Below, piece by piece: positions 48,567-59,407 of a stretch of DNA of 64,000 bases (within the stretch, counting starts at the first letter, position 1; the number at the start of each line of letters is the position of its first letter). The translations under genes and the position numbers were made by a program. The stretch is taken from assembly GCA_963745075.1 (NCBI GenBank), contig CAVUWV010000033.1, positions 18,451 through 82,450 of the forward strand, written 5' to 3'. Source of the DNA: Candidatus Hydrogenedentota bacterium (GTDB lineage Bacteria; Hydrogenedentota; Hydrogenedentia; Hydrogenedentales; SLHB01). The notes below the pieces were generated by a model. It did not search any database. It saw nothing but the letters and a program-made list of their open reading frames with translations, and was not told the DNA's origin.

Positions 48567-50001
48567 TTAGCAGGCACAGTTGAGCTGGCGCGCGGCGCGA
48601 ACCTCATCCAAGCGGCCCACGGGCGTCGTCGTGGGCGCTTCATGCAGAACAGCCGGATTCTTATCCGCCGTGTCGGCGATTTCCAACATGGCTTCGCAGA
48701 AGGCGTCGAGGGTTTCGCGGGATTCGGTTTCCGTCGGCTCGATCATCAGACTTTCCTTAACCGTCAGCGGGAAGTATACGGTCGGCGCATGGAAACCATA
48801 GTCCAGCAAGGCTTTTGCAATATCAAGCGCACGCACCCCTTTCTTGGCTTGCGGCGTTGCCGTAAACACGCACTCGTGCATGAAGGGCAGATCGAAGGCC
48901 GGCTCATAGGCCTGCTTCAACCGGGCGAAAACGTAGTTTGCATTAAGTACGGCGTTCTCCGCGACTTGCCGCAGTCCGTCTTTCCCCAGGTGCCGCATGT
49001 AGGCGTACGCACGCACGGCCATCATGAAATTACCGAAGAATGCGGCAATGCGGCCAATGGACCGCTCGGGGGAGGCGAGATCGAAGCCGTCCGTTCCTTT
49101 CGTGATGCGCGGACCGGGAAGATAGGGGACGAGGCGCTCGCTCACCCCGACGGGACCGGAGCCGGGGCCGCCCATCCCATGGGGCGTGGCGAAGGTCTTG
49201 TGCAGGTTGTAGTGCATCACGTCGAAACCCAAATCCCCGGGGCGCGCAATGCCCATAATCGCGTTCAGGTTGGCGCCATCGTAGTAGAGCAGCGCGTCGT
49301 TTTCGTGCATCAACTCCGCGATTTCGGTGACCGCCGGCTCGAACAGGCCGTGCGTGTTCGGGCAGGTCATCATAATCCCCGCCACGGATTCGCTCATCGC
49401 GGCCTTGACGGAATCCAGCCGCATGGTTCCGTCTTCGTGGGACGGCACTTCCACCACCTTGAACCCGGCGATGGCTGCGCTGGCGGGATTGGTCCCATGG
49501 GCCGAATCCGGGATGAGAATGGTGTCCTTCTTGCTGTCCCGTTCCCGATGATAGGCCGCCATGAGCAGGGTACCGGTTAACTCGCCGTGGGCGCCGGCGA
49601 TGGGCTGGAGCGAAACCTCCTGCATGCCGGCGATCTCCGCCAGCCAACGTTCCGTCTCGTAAATGAGTTCGAAGGCGCCCTGGCAGTGCGGCCAGTATGC
49701 TTTGCTCGACGAAAGGTGGGGGTGAAGTTGGGCGAACCCCGCCAATGACGACACAACCTCGGCCATTTTCGGGATTGTACTTCATCGTGCAGGATCCCAG
49801 GGGATAGAAGTGCGAGTCAATCCCGAAGTTCAATTGAGACAACCGCGTAAAGTGCCGGACGACGTCCAGCTCGCCCAGTTCCGGCAATTGCGCCGGTTCC
49901 TGCCTGCACAGGTTGGACGGCAGCTTTGCCTCGGGCACATCGAGCGGATCCAGCGTGATGGCGCGACGGCCGGGTACGGACTTTTCGTAACTCAACTGCA
50001 T
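48567..50001 (-). CDS. gcvPB: Glycine dehydrogenase subunit 2, +1 frameshift at about 49772
   Basis: YPLGSCTMKYNP then frame change to AEVV..GAHGE..AHGTNPASA..NLHKTFATPHGMGGPG..EPTETE. Confidence 0.9.
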
Positions 50002-51275
50002 ACTTCCTCCAAAGCCTTCGCAAAGGCATCGAGTTCTTCTCGCGTGCGACGTTCCGTCACGGCGACCAGGAGATCGTTTGACTCACCGGCGCCGACGGAT
50101 GCGAGCGGGAGCCCCGCGAGAAAGCCCTTCTCGATCAGCGCGGTCGCGACTTGTTCGGCGTTGCGCGGAAGCCGTACGGCAAATTCATTGAATGTGGGGC
50201 CGTCGTTCAGCACCTTGGCGAATCCGAGTTTGGACTTCAGATACTCCGCCTTGGCGTGGCAATGACGCGCTACGTCGCGAAATCCTTCTTTCCCGAGGAG
50301 CGTCAGGTAGATAAGTGCCCGCAACGCGCACAACGCCTCGTTCGAACAGATGTTCGACATGGCCTTATCGCGGCGGATGTGCTGCTCGCGGGCTTGGAGG
50401 GTCAGCACGAAGCCGCGGCGGCCCTGGACGTCCTCCGTGGCGGCCGCGATGCGCCCCGGCATTTTGCGGATGTGCTGTTTGCGCGTGGCCATGACACCGA
50501 GCCAGGGTCCGCCAAAGTTCAGGGGAACGCCGAGGCATTGTCCCTCCGCAATCGCGATGTCCGCGCCCATTTCGCCGGGGGTCTTGAGCAGACCCAGGGA
50601 GATGGGGTAGAAGGATACGACCAGCAGGGCGCCGGCTTCATGGCATCGTTCGGCGAGCGCGGTGAAATCGGCCACAGTCCCGTGAAAACTGGGATTCTGA
50701 ACGATCACACACGCGGCTTCTCTCGGGTCATCGCCGGACGCAAGGTCCAGTTCCAGATTGGCGATGTGGGTCTCCAGCATCTTTCGGTATATCGGATTCA
50801 GCGAGTCGTGGACCACAACGCGTGTTCGCCGTGTCAACCGTACCGCCATGGTGGTGGCTTCAAAGACCGCCGTGCCGCCGTCGTACAGCGAGGCGTTGGC
50901 AAAGTCCATTCCGGTTAGCCGGCAGATGGCGGACTGATACTCGTAGATGCTCTGCAGCGTGCCCTGCGCGCACTCGGGCTGATAGGGCGTGTAGGCCGTG
51001 TAGAATTCGCCGCGCGAGGTCAGCGCGTCCACCGCCGCGGGCACAAAATGGTCGTAGGCCCCGCCGCCCAGGAAACTTACGAATTCCGAACCGTTGCGCG
51101 CCGCGATCTTCTCCATTTCGGACCGTACCGCCATCTCCGAGAGTCCGGCCGGGAGGTTCCAGGACTTGGCGCGCAAGTCCTTCGGGACGGACGAAAACAA
51201 GTCATCCATCGTCTTGACGCCGATCACCGAGAGCATGGCGTCTCGCTCGGCGGGTGTGGAAGGAACCCAGGTCAT
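49992..51275 (-). CDS. gcvPA: Glycine dehydrogenase subunit 1
   Basis: FLGGGAYDH, EFYTAYTPYQPE, REQHIRRDKAMSNICSN. Confidence 0.95.
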   Translation of the reverse strand: MTWVPSTPAERDAMLSVIGVKTMDDLFSSVPKDLRAKSWNLPAGLSEMAVRSEMEKIAARNGSEFVSFLGGGAYDHFVPAAVDALTSRGEFYTAYTPYQPECAQGTLQSIYEYQSAICRLTGMDFANASLYDGGTAVFEATTMAVRLTRRTRVVVHDSLNPIYRKMLETHIANLELDLASGDDPREAACVIVQNPSFHGTVADFTALAERCHEAGALLVVSFYPISLGLLKTPGEMGADIAIAEGQCLGVPLNFGGPWLGVMATRKQHIRKMPGRIAAATEDVQGRRGFVLTLQAREQHIRRDKAMSNICSNEALCALRALIYLTLLGKEGFRDVARHCHAKAEYLKSKLGFAKVLNDGPTFNEFAVRLPRNAEQVATALIEKGFLAGLPLASVGAGESNDLLVAVTERRTREELDAFAKALEEVCS

Positions 51276-51324
51276 GCTTGCTCCGTATCCTTTCTTTGGG
51301 TAATTGCGCTTCGAGGGAGGAGGG

Positions 51325-51711
51325 TTAGTGGTCCTGTTCGCTGACGAACTTCTCGTACGCCGTCGCGTCCATCAGGGTGTCAAGCTGGCTCGCATCGACA
51401 TCCGAGAGTTTGAAGAACCAACCCTTGTCATACGAACTCTGGTTGACGAGTTCGGGTGCATCTTCCAAACTGGAATTGACCTCGGACACGGATCCGCCGA
51501 CAGGCGCGTACACGTCGCTCGCGGCCTTAACGGATTCCACCGCGCCCGCGGTATCGCCTTGAGATACTTGCGAATTCACGTCAGGAAGTTCCACGTAGGT
51601 TACGTCGCCCAACTGTTCGGCCGCAAACGCCGTAATGCCCACGGTATAGGTATCGCCTTCCGCGCGAATCCATTCGTGGTCTTTGGTGTATTTCAGATCG
51701 GCTGGATGCAT
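51325..51711 (-). CDS. gcvH: Glycine cleavage system H protein
   Basis: YTKDHEW, GITAFA, VESVKAASD (lipoyl Lys). Confidence 0.95.
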   Translation of the reverse strand: MHPADLKYTKDHEWIRAEGDTYTVGITAFAAEQLGDVTYVELPDVNSQVSQGDTAGAVESVKAASDVYAPVGGSVSEVNSSLEDAPELVNQSSYDKGWFFKLSDVDASQLDTLMDATAYEKFVSEQDH

Positions 51712-51723
51712 GGTCTTGACTCC

Positions 51724-52788
51724 TTAATTCCGGCAAGTGCCCGCTGTGTAAAAAGGCAGCGGTGCAGTTTCAACAGGTAGATCTTTGGGCCCTGCGGTCA
51801 GCGCGGTTCCCGGTCCGGCCAGCTCAGGTTGCACATAAGCCAGGCCGATTCCGTGACCCACACTGGGACCGAAGGTGCCACTGGTCACCGCGCCGACGGC
51901 CGCTCCGTCATGTTTTATCTCGAATCCGTGGCGCGGGGCGCGACGGTCCGCAGTTTTGATCGGCGTCAAGATATCGTACCCCTGCGCATCGCGCTGGCTG
52001 AGCACAGCGTCCTTTCCCACGAACGGCGTGTCCCACGCGACGAACATCTCCATATTGGCTTCAAGCGGGGAGCGGGACTCATCAAAGTCCTGTCCGGAGA
52101 GGGCGTACCCCATTTCGGTGCGGAGCGTATCGCGCGCGCCCAAGCCGGCCGGCGCGACGTTGTCGTGGGCCAGCAATGCGCGCCATAGTCGAACCGCCAA
52201 GGATTCCGGCACGAATAACTCGAAGCCCAATTCGCCTGTGTAGCCGGTTCGTGACAGGATAATATCGGATTCCTGCCACTGGGTCTTGCAAGCTTGAAAG
52301 TACTTCAGCTCCGCAGCGCAGGGAATCTCGCGCGCCAGAATCTCGCGTGCGAGCGGTCCCTGGATATCGATCTTTGCTGTTACGTTGGTTACGTTCTGCA
52401 CGTTTTTGTGGCACCCGCAGAACAGCGCGGACACCGTGTCGATTGGGCCGGCATTGGTGACGACGTAGAGTTCGTCCTCTGCCAGTTTGATGGTGATGAT
52501 GTCGTCGATGATGCCGCCGTTTTCGTTGAGTATGGCGCCATACCGTCCACGACCGACGGACAGCTTCTGCGGATTGGAACAAACCAAATCGCTGTACGCC
52601 TTGACCGCCGCTTCGCCACGAACGCTGAATTCGCCCATGTGGGAGCAGTCGAAAAGAGCCGCCTTCGCCCGGGTATGCAGGTGTTCCTGGACGATCCCGC
52701 TGAATTGCACGGGCAACGCCCAGCCATGGAAGTCGACGACCTTGCCGCCCAGGGCGACGTGTTCGTCGTGTAGGGGAGTTTGCCGCAT
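51724..52788 (-). CDS. gcvT: Aminomethyltransferase
   Basis: TPLHDEH, FDCSHMGE, SRTGYTGELGFE, GLGARDTLRTEMG; ATG at 52788. Confidence 0.95.
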   Translation of the reverse strand: MRQTPLHDEHVALGGKVVDFHGWALPVQFSGIVQEHLHTRAKAALFDCSHMGEFSVRGEAAVKAYSDLVCSNPQKLSVGRGRYGAILNENGGIIDDIITIKLAEDELYVVTNAGPIDTVSALFCGCHKNVQNVTNVTAKIDIQGPLAREILAREIPCAAELKYFQACKTQWQESDIILSRTGYTGELGFELFVPESLAVRLWRALLAHDNVAPAGLGARDTLRTEMGYALSGQDFDESRSPLEANMEMFVAWDTPFVGKDAVLSQRDAQGYDILTPIKTADRRAPRHGFEIKHDGAAVGAVTSGTFGPSVGHGIGLAYVQPELAGPGTALTAGPKDLPVETAPLPFYTAGTCRN

Positions 52789-52878
52789 AATACGCCTCTG
52801 GATACGCACCGCGAGCCTGCGAAACGCATCCGGTCCGTTACGCGATGACGCAACCCTTGCAACCCATACGCGCCATCG

Positions 52879-52960
52879 TGCCCAGGCGATCGGCATGAAC
52901 GATCGGCCGCGCCGCTTCCCCGTGGTCAGTTCCACGTCGAGTCGCCAGTCACGACGGGCC
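52879..52960 (-). ncRNA. ZMP/ZTP riboswitch (pfl motif)
   Basis: Minus strand reads GGCCCGUCGUGACUGGCGA..CGUGG-aacuga-CCACGGGGAAGCGGCGCGGCC..GCCGAUCGCCUGGGCA, matching the conserved GUGACUGGCG and CGCCUGGGC segments; about 90 nt upstream of gcvT. Confidence 0.88.
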
Positions 52961-53077
52961 GTTGGAAGGCCATACTTTGCCATTGTGGGCCATGAAGTGT
53001 CAAATTTCTTGCCCCATGGGCGGTGGGGAAAGAGCCGGTCGAATTGCGCAAATAAACGGCGCGGAACGTACGTAACG

Positions 53078-54712
53078 TCAGCCTTCGGGTTCGTTTACGA
53101 AGTTGGCCGGCGCCCCGCCGTACTGTTCCGAAGCCCAGCTCAGTAACCGGTGCTTCTCGTGCCAGATCGCAAACCGGGCAGCTAGCTCGATTGCCGCCAT
53201 TTGCTCGGGGGTCAAACTGCCGAACGTAGTGCCGATGGGTCGCAATATCCGGAGCAGGCCTTCCGGCGATCCCACCAGGGGTTCGTTTTCGCAGAGCGAA
53301 CGCAAGTAATTGCCTTCTTCCGTGTCATCCGCTGCTTGCTCCGACGCCATATACGGCACCCACGCGGTGAAACGGAATCGAACGTAGTCGAAATCCCCGC
53401 GTTCGGCCGTGGCCTCGATCATCTCGTTGTATGCGTCCTGCCCCGTTTGCCATGAGGCCCGCATGGCGGCCTGGAGTTCTTTCATCCAGCCCTTCTTAAG
53501 TACGCCGCTACCGGGTTTCGTCGGGCGTAGTTCGAGGTATCCGGCATCCAGGCAAACGAGCAACGGTTTTCGCGGTGGCGGATTCTGATTCACAATGGCT
53601 TCGTAGAGCTTGTCGATGACGTACGAACCGCGATTGTCGACCAGCCCGCCGTCTTTGAGGTCGTAGGTCCCGGTATAGCCGGCCTGATTGCGTGCCGCAT
53701 GCATGCGGACCCGTGTGGTCTCGTCAAGGCCGTCGTACACCCAGGGCCGATCCTCGCGGACCGTCACCTGTCCGGAACGAACGTGACCGGGAAAAGACGA
53801 ACTGTCATAGGAAGCCTCGCCCAGAGGGTAGTTCAACGGGTCGCAGTGGATGCTTTCGAAGCTCTGAATGGTGGTTTGCCAAGGATACCCCGGTTCCTGG
53901 TTCAGCGCATATCGATAGGGCAAACGGGTTTCCATGAATGCGACTCCGGGGTCGCTGATGATGGTTGCCCCGACGATCAGGATGGGGCGTTCCGGAAGAT
54001 CGGCAAAGGTCAGGCCGCTGGCGGGATGATTTGCTTTCCCGTCAAAGAACGCGGATGCAATCGTGCCGGCCAGCGCATACCGAGTGTTCATCCCGAAGGC
54101 CAAATCGCGCATGAATAGGTCGGGCCGCGCAGGGATGTGACGAAGCATGCGTCCCATCACATCCACGTTGAAACAGTCCGGCCAGTGCTCCAACCGCATC
54201 GGAGCCGGACATGCGTCGCCGTATGACAAGGCAAACAACGCGGCGGGGATGGCGCCGGTCGAGACGCCGGAGACGTAGTCGACCTCGTCCAGCAGTGGAA
54301 TCGTGATATTGCCGTCCGGCCGATGCACGATGATGGGTCCCAAATCCATTAAGTCCCGCACGCACGCCGCGCCGTAGACGGTACCCCGCGTGCCGCCGCC
54401 CGAGAAGGCCAGGGCGACGATTTCATCGCCTTCGAAGGTGCCCGGCTCCGGCGCGCCGACGTAGACGTGGTATGGGGTGGGGTACTGACGTTGCTCCGCT
54501 TCGGACATGCCTTGCCAGGTTTCCATGGCCTGTTGGACCGCGGAGTTGCCTTCCGGCGGAAGGGGATCGTCGCTGGGCCGGTCAAACCGAATCGCCGGCA
54601 TGGCGTAATCGGTATACCGAAAGACGGCACAGCCTGCGAGCATCAGCAGGAGCACGGCGCCCGCGACGGGGATGATTGTTTGGGCTTTGTTATTCGCAAG
54701 CGATACGTTCAT
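53078..54712 (-). CDS. Patatin-like phospholipase lipoprotein
   Basis: Lipobox LAGC; FSGGGTRG, GVSTG, DGG. Confidence 0.85.
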   Translation of the reverse strand: MNVSLANNKAQTIIPVAGAVLLLMLAGCAVFRYTDYAMPAIRFDRPSDDPLPPEGNSAVQQAMETWQGMSEAEQRQYPTPYHVYVGAPEPGTFEGDEIVALAFSGGGTRGTVYGAACVRDLMDLGPIIVHRPDGNITIPLLDEVDYVSGVSTGAIPAALFALSYGDACPAPMRLEHWPDCFNVDVMGRMLRHIPARPDLFMRDLAFGMNTRYALAGTIASAFFDGKANHPASGLTFADLPERPILIVGATIISDPGVAFMETRLPYRYALNQEPGYPWQTTIQSFESIHCDPLNYPLGEASYDSSSFPGHVRSGQVTVREDRPWVYDGLDETTRVRMHAARNQAGYTGTYDLKDGGLVDNRGSYVIDKLYEAIVNQNPPPRKPLLVCLDAGYLELRPTKPGSGVLKKGWMKELQAAMRASWQTGQDAYNEMIEATAERGDFDYVRFRFTAWVPYMASEQAADDTEEGNYLRSLCENEPLVGSPEGLLRILRPIGTTFGSLTPEQMAAIELAARFAIWHEKHRLLSWASEQYGGAPANFVNEPEG

Positions 54713-54843
54713 GGATCTGGGTTCGCTCGATTTGCGTTCGCTTTCGTACGGGACGGGAACATAAGCGGAGTGTGCGGAGAGTTGAACGGGAGATTCAAGT
54801 CTGAAATCCTCGTGGCGTGTTCCACCGAACAAGGCGGTGCCCC

Positions 54844-55893
54844 TTGACCGACACGAAATTGAAAACCTGGGAAGAACATCCCGACGCCCTGACGAAGCGG
54901 TATATTGGATTGGGACCGCACCGGGTTGCCGTAATCGACGAAATCGAGATTCGGGACTCCGGGCGGGAGAAGCGCATTCCCGTCAAGGTGTACGCACCCG
55001 AATCCGGCGGTCCCTACCCGGCCATTGTGTTTTCACACGGGGCCGGGGACTCCAATGAGAGTTCGCCCCATCTCATGCGCCATTGGGCCAGTCACGGATA
55101 CGTGGTGCTTGTGCCGACCCATTTTTTTGGAGAACGACCCATCATCGAACGCAGCCTCGCCCGATTGGCCCGGGAATTCCTGCGGCCCGCGCGACAGGGA
55201 CCGACGGCTTGGTACGAACGTACGGGCGACGTGAAAGCGGTGATCGATGCGCTCTCCTCCATGGCTAGCCTTGCTCCGGAGCTGGAGGGTCGAATCGATG
55301 TTTCCCGAGTTGCGGTTGCAGGACATTCCTTCGGCGCATACACGGTCATGCTGGTGGGAGGCGCCACGCTGGAGGACACGGACGGTACCGTCTTGCGATT
55401 CGACGATCCCCGTCCCCGCGCGATCTGCATGATTTCGGGTCCCGGTCACGATTCCTGGGGCTTGACGGAACATTCCTACAGCACCATGACGCGCCCGCTC
55501 ATGGTTTTTACGGGATCGCACGACCCGCCGCCGACGCTCGTAAGCGACCCCATGTGGCGGGCCGAAGCGTACACTCAAGGTCCCGCGGGCAATAAATACC
55601 TGGTCTACATTCGCGGCGCCAATCATTTGTCTTACGTCGGCCCCATCTTCGACTTGCCCATGCGGGATGCCGGCAAACGTGGACCCATCGCCCGGGCGCT
55701 CCGGTCCTGCGCCCGGTGGCTGGCGTCGTTCGCGCCGGCGCTCGACCAGGTGGGCATCTTCGACTACTCCCGAATCGCCACCACGGCGTTCTGGGACGCC
55801 TATCTAAAAGACAGCGCCGCCGCTAAGACCTATCTCCAATCCAAGGCGTTGGAGGCCTATAGCCGCAGGGTGGTCCGGCTCAAACATAAGTGA
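54844..55893 (+). CDS. Alpha/beta hydrolase (PAF-AH/chlorophyllase-like)
   Basis: VFSHGAG, ASHGYVV, GHSFGA, GSHD, ANH. Confidence 0.85.
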   Translation: MTDTKLKTWEEHPDALTKRYIGLGPHRVAVIDEIEIRDSGREKRIPVKVYAPESGGPYPAIVFSHGAGDSNESSPHLMRHWASHGYVVLVPTHFFGERPIIERSLARLAREFLRPARQGPTAWYERTGDVKAVIDALSSMASLAPELEGRIDVSRVAVAGHSFGAYTVMLVGGATLEDTDGTVLRFDDPRPRAICMISGPGHDSWGLTEHSYSTMTRPLMVFTGSHDPPPTLVSDPMWRAEAYTQGPAGNKYLVYIRGANHLSYVGPIFDLPMRDAGKRGPIARALRSCARWLASFAPALDQVGIFDYSRIATTAFWDAYLKDSAAAKTYLQSKALEAYSRRVVRLKHK

Positions 55894-55969
55894 ACGACGA
55901 TTCCACCACGGAATGAATGGAGGCGGCGAACCGTTCACTATTGCCGGTGTATTGTCAGAGGCATCCAAC

Positions 55970-57418
55970 ATGAACACGTCTCCAACCGTCCTGTGGTTTC
56001 GGCTCGATCTGCGGCTTGATGACCACCCCGCGCTTGTCGCGGCAGTAAAACGCGGAGGGCCTGTCATTCCGGTCTTTATTCACGCCCCCGAAGAAGATGG
56101 GGAGTGGGCCCCGGGAGCGGCGAGTGACTTCTGGCTCCACCAGTCCCTCAAAGCACTCGATGGTTCGCTGCGAAAAAAGCACTCCCAGTTGGTAATACTC
56201 AAGGGGCGCTCGCAAGAAGTACTGGAAAAGCTGGTGCGCGACACCCGCGCGGGTGCGGTCTACTGGAACCGGCGCTATGAACCCGCAGTCCGCAAACGCG
56301 ATGAAACCATTAGGACCGCTCTCTGCGACATGGGGTGCGACGCCATGAGATTTGATGGGGCGCTGTTGTTCGAGCCCTGGGAGATCGAGACCAAGCAGGG
56401 CGGCCCGTACCAAGTGTTCACGCCGTTCTGGAAAGCGTGCCTGGCCCAGGACGAACCTGCGGAACCGCTTCCCGTTCCGAGCAAGATTCCGTCGCCCGAC
56501 AAATGGCCTACCTCGCTCGAAGTGGAAGCGCTTCGACTGGAACCCCGCATCGATTGGGCCGGCGGTATCCGTGAAGCTTGGACACCAGGTGAGGAAGGGG
56601 CCGCGGAGAATCTTCAGCGGTTTCTCGAAGATGCCGTGCAGACCTACAGCAACGACCGAGATCGGCCGGATACGGTCGGGACTTCGCGATTGTCGCCACA
56701 CCTCCATTTCGGCGAAATCTGCCCCCGGCAAATTTGGTACGCGACGCGGCGTCAACTTGCGGGGAGCACCAAGAAAGGTGAAAACACCGGCGCGGAAAAG
56801 TTTCTCGCGGAACTCGGCTGGCGTGAGTTTTCGTACCATCTGCTCTACCACTTCCCCCACATGCCGAACGAGAATCTACGGTTGCAGTTCGACCGCTTCC
56901 CATGGGCTGACGACGAAGAGGCCCTCCGCGCCTGGCACGAGGGGCGGACGGGCTATCCCATTGTGGATGCGGGCATGCGGGAACTCTGGACCACGGGTTG
57001 GATGCACAACCGCGTGCGCATGATCGTGGCGTCGTTTCTTACGAAAGATCTGCTCATCCACTGGCGTGAGGGCGCGCGCTGGTTCTGGGACACGCTCGTC
57101 GACGCCGACCTTGCCAACAATACGCAGGGCTGGCAGTGGACCGCGGGTTGCGGCGCGGACGCGGCGCCGTACTTCCGGATCTTCAATCCGGTCACGCAAG
57201 GCGATCGGTACGACCCGGAAGGGAACTATGTCCGACGGTGGGTCCCTGAATTAGAAAAACTACCGGCCAAGTGGATTCACAAGCCGTGGGAAGCACCCGA
57301 AGACGTGTTGGCTGATGCCGGCGTAAAGCTGGGGGGAACCTACCCCCGGCCTATCGTCGACCATGGCCAAGCCCGTGAGCGCGCGCTGGAAGCCTATAGC
57401 GTCATCAAAGGCAAATGA
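55970..57418 (+). CDS. phrB: Deoxyribodipyrimidine photolyase
   Basis: WFRLDLRLDDHPAL, TSRLSPHLHFGE, TGYPIVDAGMRELW, HNRVRM, DAAPYFRIFNP. Confidence 0.95.
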   Translation: MNTSPTVLWFRLDLRLDDHPALVAAVKRGGPVIPVFIHAPEEDGEWAPGAASDFWLHQSLKALDGSLRKKHSQLVILKGRSQEVLEKLVRDTRAGAVYWNRRYEPAVRKRDETIRTALCDMGCDAMRFDGALLFEPWEIETKQGGPYQVFTPFWKACLAQDEPAEPLPVPSKIPSPDKWPTSLEVEALRLEPRIDWAGGIREAWTPGEEGAAENLQRFLEDAVQTYSNDRDRPDTVGTSRLSPHLHFGEICPRQIWYATRRQLAGSTKKGENTGAEKFLAELGWREFSYHLLYHFPHMPNENLRLQFDRFPWADDEEALRAWHEGRTGYPIVDAGMRELWTTGWMHNRVRMIVASFLTKDLLIHWREGARWFWDTLVDADLANNTQGWQWTAGCGADAAPYFRIFNPVTQGDRYDPEGNYVRRWVPELEKLPAKWIHKPWEAPEDVLADAGVKLGGTYPRPIVDHGQARERALEAYSVIKGK

Positions 57419-57419
57419 C

Positions 57420-57480
57420 ACCGGGCCAACCGTCCCAAGATACCCAATCGGACCGATCCGACCGATCGCTCCGATCGATT
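57420..57480. repeat. Degenerate 9-bp periodic repeat
   Basis: ccaatcgga ccgatccga ccgatcgct ccgatcgat plus upstream degenerate units. Confidence 0.55.
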
Positions 57481-57544
57481 GCGCTGCACCATCAATATTT
57501 GCATCAAATTGCGGCGCCATGCTACCCTACTTTTCGCTTTTCCC

Positions 57545-57637
57545 GGAGAGATGACCGAGTGGTTGAAGGTGGCGGCCTGCTAAGCCGTTGTACGGGGTTA
57601 ACCTGTACCGAGGGTTCGAATCCCTCTCTCTCCGCCA
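57545..57637 (+). tRNA. tRNA-Ser(GCT)
   Basis: GGAGAGA acceptor stem, anticodon arm gcggc-ctGCTaa-gccgt, long variable arm, GTTCGAATC, encoded CCA. Confidence 0.95.
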
Positions 57638-57775
57638 TTTCTTTTCCGCTCGAATAAGAACTCGCCTGTTACCAATGCTTTATGAATTGATTCACGTCTT
57701 CGGAATGATAAGAATATCCTCGCAAAACTACTAAAAACTGGTGTCCCGCCCGAAAACTCGTACTACCTGAAATGT

Positions 57776-57890
57776 ACTGTTGAGATGTACATGGTCAGGC
57801 CGAGGTAACCACCGAGCCAAACTTGGCGAAACTTCTTAACGAACCACGCCAAAGAAATAGTGTCCATCAACTTTATTGTCGTGTCCGACG
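57776..57890 (+). pseudogene. Integrase-core (rve) IS transposase remnant
   Basis: Translates to TVEMYMVRPR*PPSQTWRNFLTNHAKEIVSINFIVV, resembling the SQTWRTFLRNH..DFF segment of rve-type transposases. Confidence 0.65.
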
Positions 57891-57967
57891 GAGGCACAGG
57901 TGAGTTTGGTACGAGCCTGCTCGCAGACCGGAGTGAAGAGCAACTTTTTGGTTCCGGCTATGCCGGG

Positions 57968-59407
57968 TCAGGGGCTCGGGATTGCCGTGTGAATGATCTG
58001 TTGGAAGGTGGCGGGTAATACTCCGAGCCAGACCAGAAGCACTGCCATCGCCGCTAATAATACGACCGGCGACCAGGACATGCCTTCGGCAGTCGCTGCT
58101 TGGGGCTCCAGGTTTTCCTGGGGACGGAGCATGACGACCACAAGCCTAAGATAGTAGTATAACCCTAGCGCACTATTAATTGCCAACGTCAATACCAGGA
58201 CCCACCACGCCGCCTTGACACCAGCGGATAAGACGTAGAATTTCGCAATGAATCCAGCAGTCAGCGGAATACCCGCGAGGCTGAGCAAGCTCGCCGTGAA
58301 TACGAACGCGATCGGAGGCCGACGCCAGAACAGACCGTGGTAATCTTCGATGTCTTCAGCTTCCCGATCGGTGCCTGTGAGTGTTCCGAGGATTGTGAAT
58401 GCGCTGAGAATCGCCACGAAGTAGGCCAGCAGATAGAACGCCACGGCCTCCGCGGCCAAAGCCCCACCGGCGATAACAGGCACCAACATGTACCCCATGT
58501 GAGCGACGGACGAGTAGGCCAGCAGTCGTTTTACGTTCGTTTGCAGCAACGCGAGCAAGTTCCCCGCAAACATGGACACGACAGCGAGGATAGCCAGGGT
58601 CCAGATGAGCGCCGGTCGGTCGGAGAATCCTATCGCGCCGAAAAACCGCAGGACGAAGGCGAGCATGGCGCCCTTCGACGCGGTCGCGACAAACCCCGAT
58701 ACCGGTGCCGGAGCGCCCTGGTAAACATCCGGTGTCCATATATGAAACGGGGCTACTGCAAGTTTGAATCCAAACCCGACAAGGAGCAGCCCTAGACCGA
58801 CCGAGACGAAGGGATCGTTGAAAGAACGACGTGAAAGCTGCGCGGCGATCGTTGAGAAACGCATCGTACCGAGTTCGCCATAGAGTAGCGCCATTCCAAA
58901 CAGCAGCATCGCAGAAGATGCACCGGCCAACACGAGATACTTGATTCCCGCTTCGATCCCGCGTTCATTCGTCCGGAAATAGGAAATGAGCGGGTAGAGC
59001 GCAACGCTGAGCAATTCCAACCCCAGGAAGAAAGACATAAAGTGATCGCTCGCAACAAGTGTCGCCGAACCAAGCGTTGCCAACAGCAATAAAACGTAGA
59101 ACTCTTCGCGTTCGACGGAGCGACGGGCAAAATAACCGTACGCAAGTAACGTGACGACAAGGGAGGCGAAAACCATGAGTCCCAGGTAGAAAAATGAATA
59201 GGTGTCGAGGACCAGAAACGGCGTAACCTCGCGCGGCAGGTATCGGGCCGCGGGGATCATATCCAGTGCGGCGAGTGCCAACCCGACAATGCTGATGCCC
59301 ACGGTCAGTCCATGGCTTCGGCGCACGGCAATCGAGCAAAGAACCACGACGGCAGTCGCTCCCAGGACGATCCACGGTCCCATTGCGAGTAGATCGTGTA
59401 CGTTCAT
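57968..59407 (-). CDS. nuoN: NADH-quinone oxidoreductase subunit N
   Basis: EAGIKYLVLA, FKLAVAPFHIWTPDVYQGAP, KRLLAYSSVAH. Confidence 0.95.
   Translation of the reverse strand: MNVHDLLAMGPWIVLGATAVVVLCSIAVRRSHGLTVGISIVGLALAALDMIPAARYLPREVTPFLVLDTYSFFYLGLMVFASLVVTLLAYGYFARRSVEREEFYVLLLLATLGSATLVASDHFMSFFLGLELLSVALYPLISYFRTNERGIEAGIKYLVLAGASSAMLLFGMALLYGELGTMRFSTIAAQLSRRSFNDPFVSVGLGLLLVGFGFKLAVAPFHIWTPDVYQGAPAPVSGFVATASKGAMLAFVLRFFGAIGFSDRPALIWTLAILAVVSMFAGNLLALLQTNVKRLLAYSSVAHMGYMLVPVIAGGALAAEAVAFYLLAYFVAILSAFTILGTLTGTDREAEDIEDYHGLFWRRPPIAFVFTASLLSLAGIPLTAGFIAKFYVLSAGVKAAWWVLVLTLAINSALGLYYYLRLVVVMLRPQENLEPQAATAEGMSWSPVVLLAAMAVLLVWLGVLPATFQQIIHTAIPSP

Noticed and set aside
52790..53070. Glycine riboswitch upstream of gcvT
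   Set aside because: No GGAGA..GAAGG..CUCUCAGG pattern seen; the leader matches the ZTP motif instead
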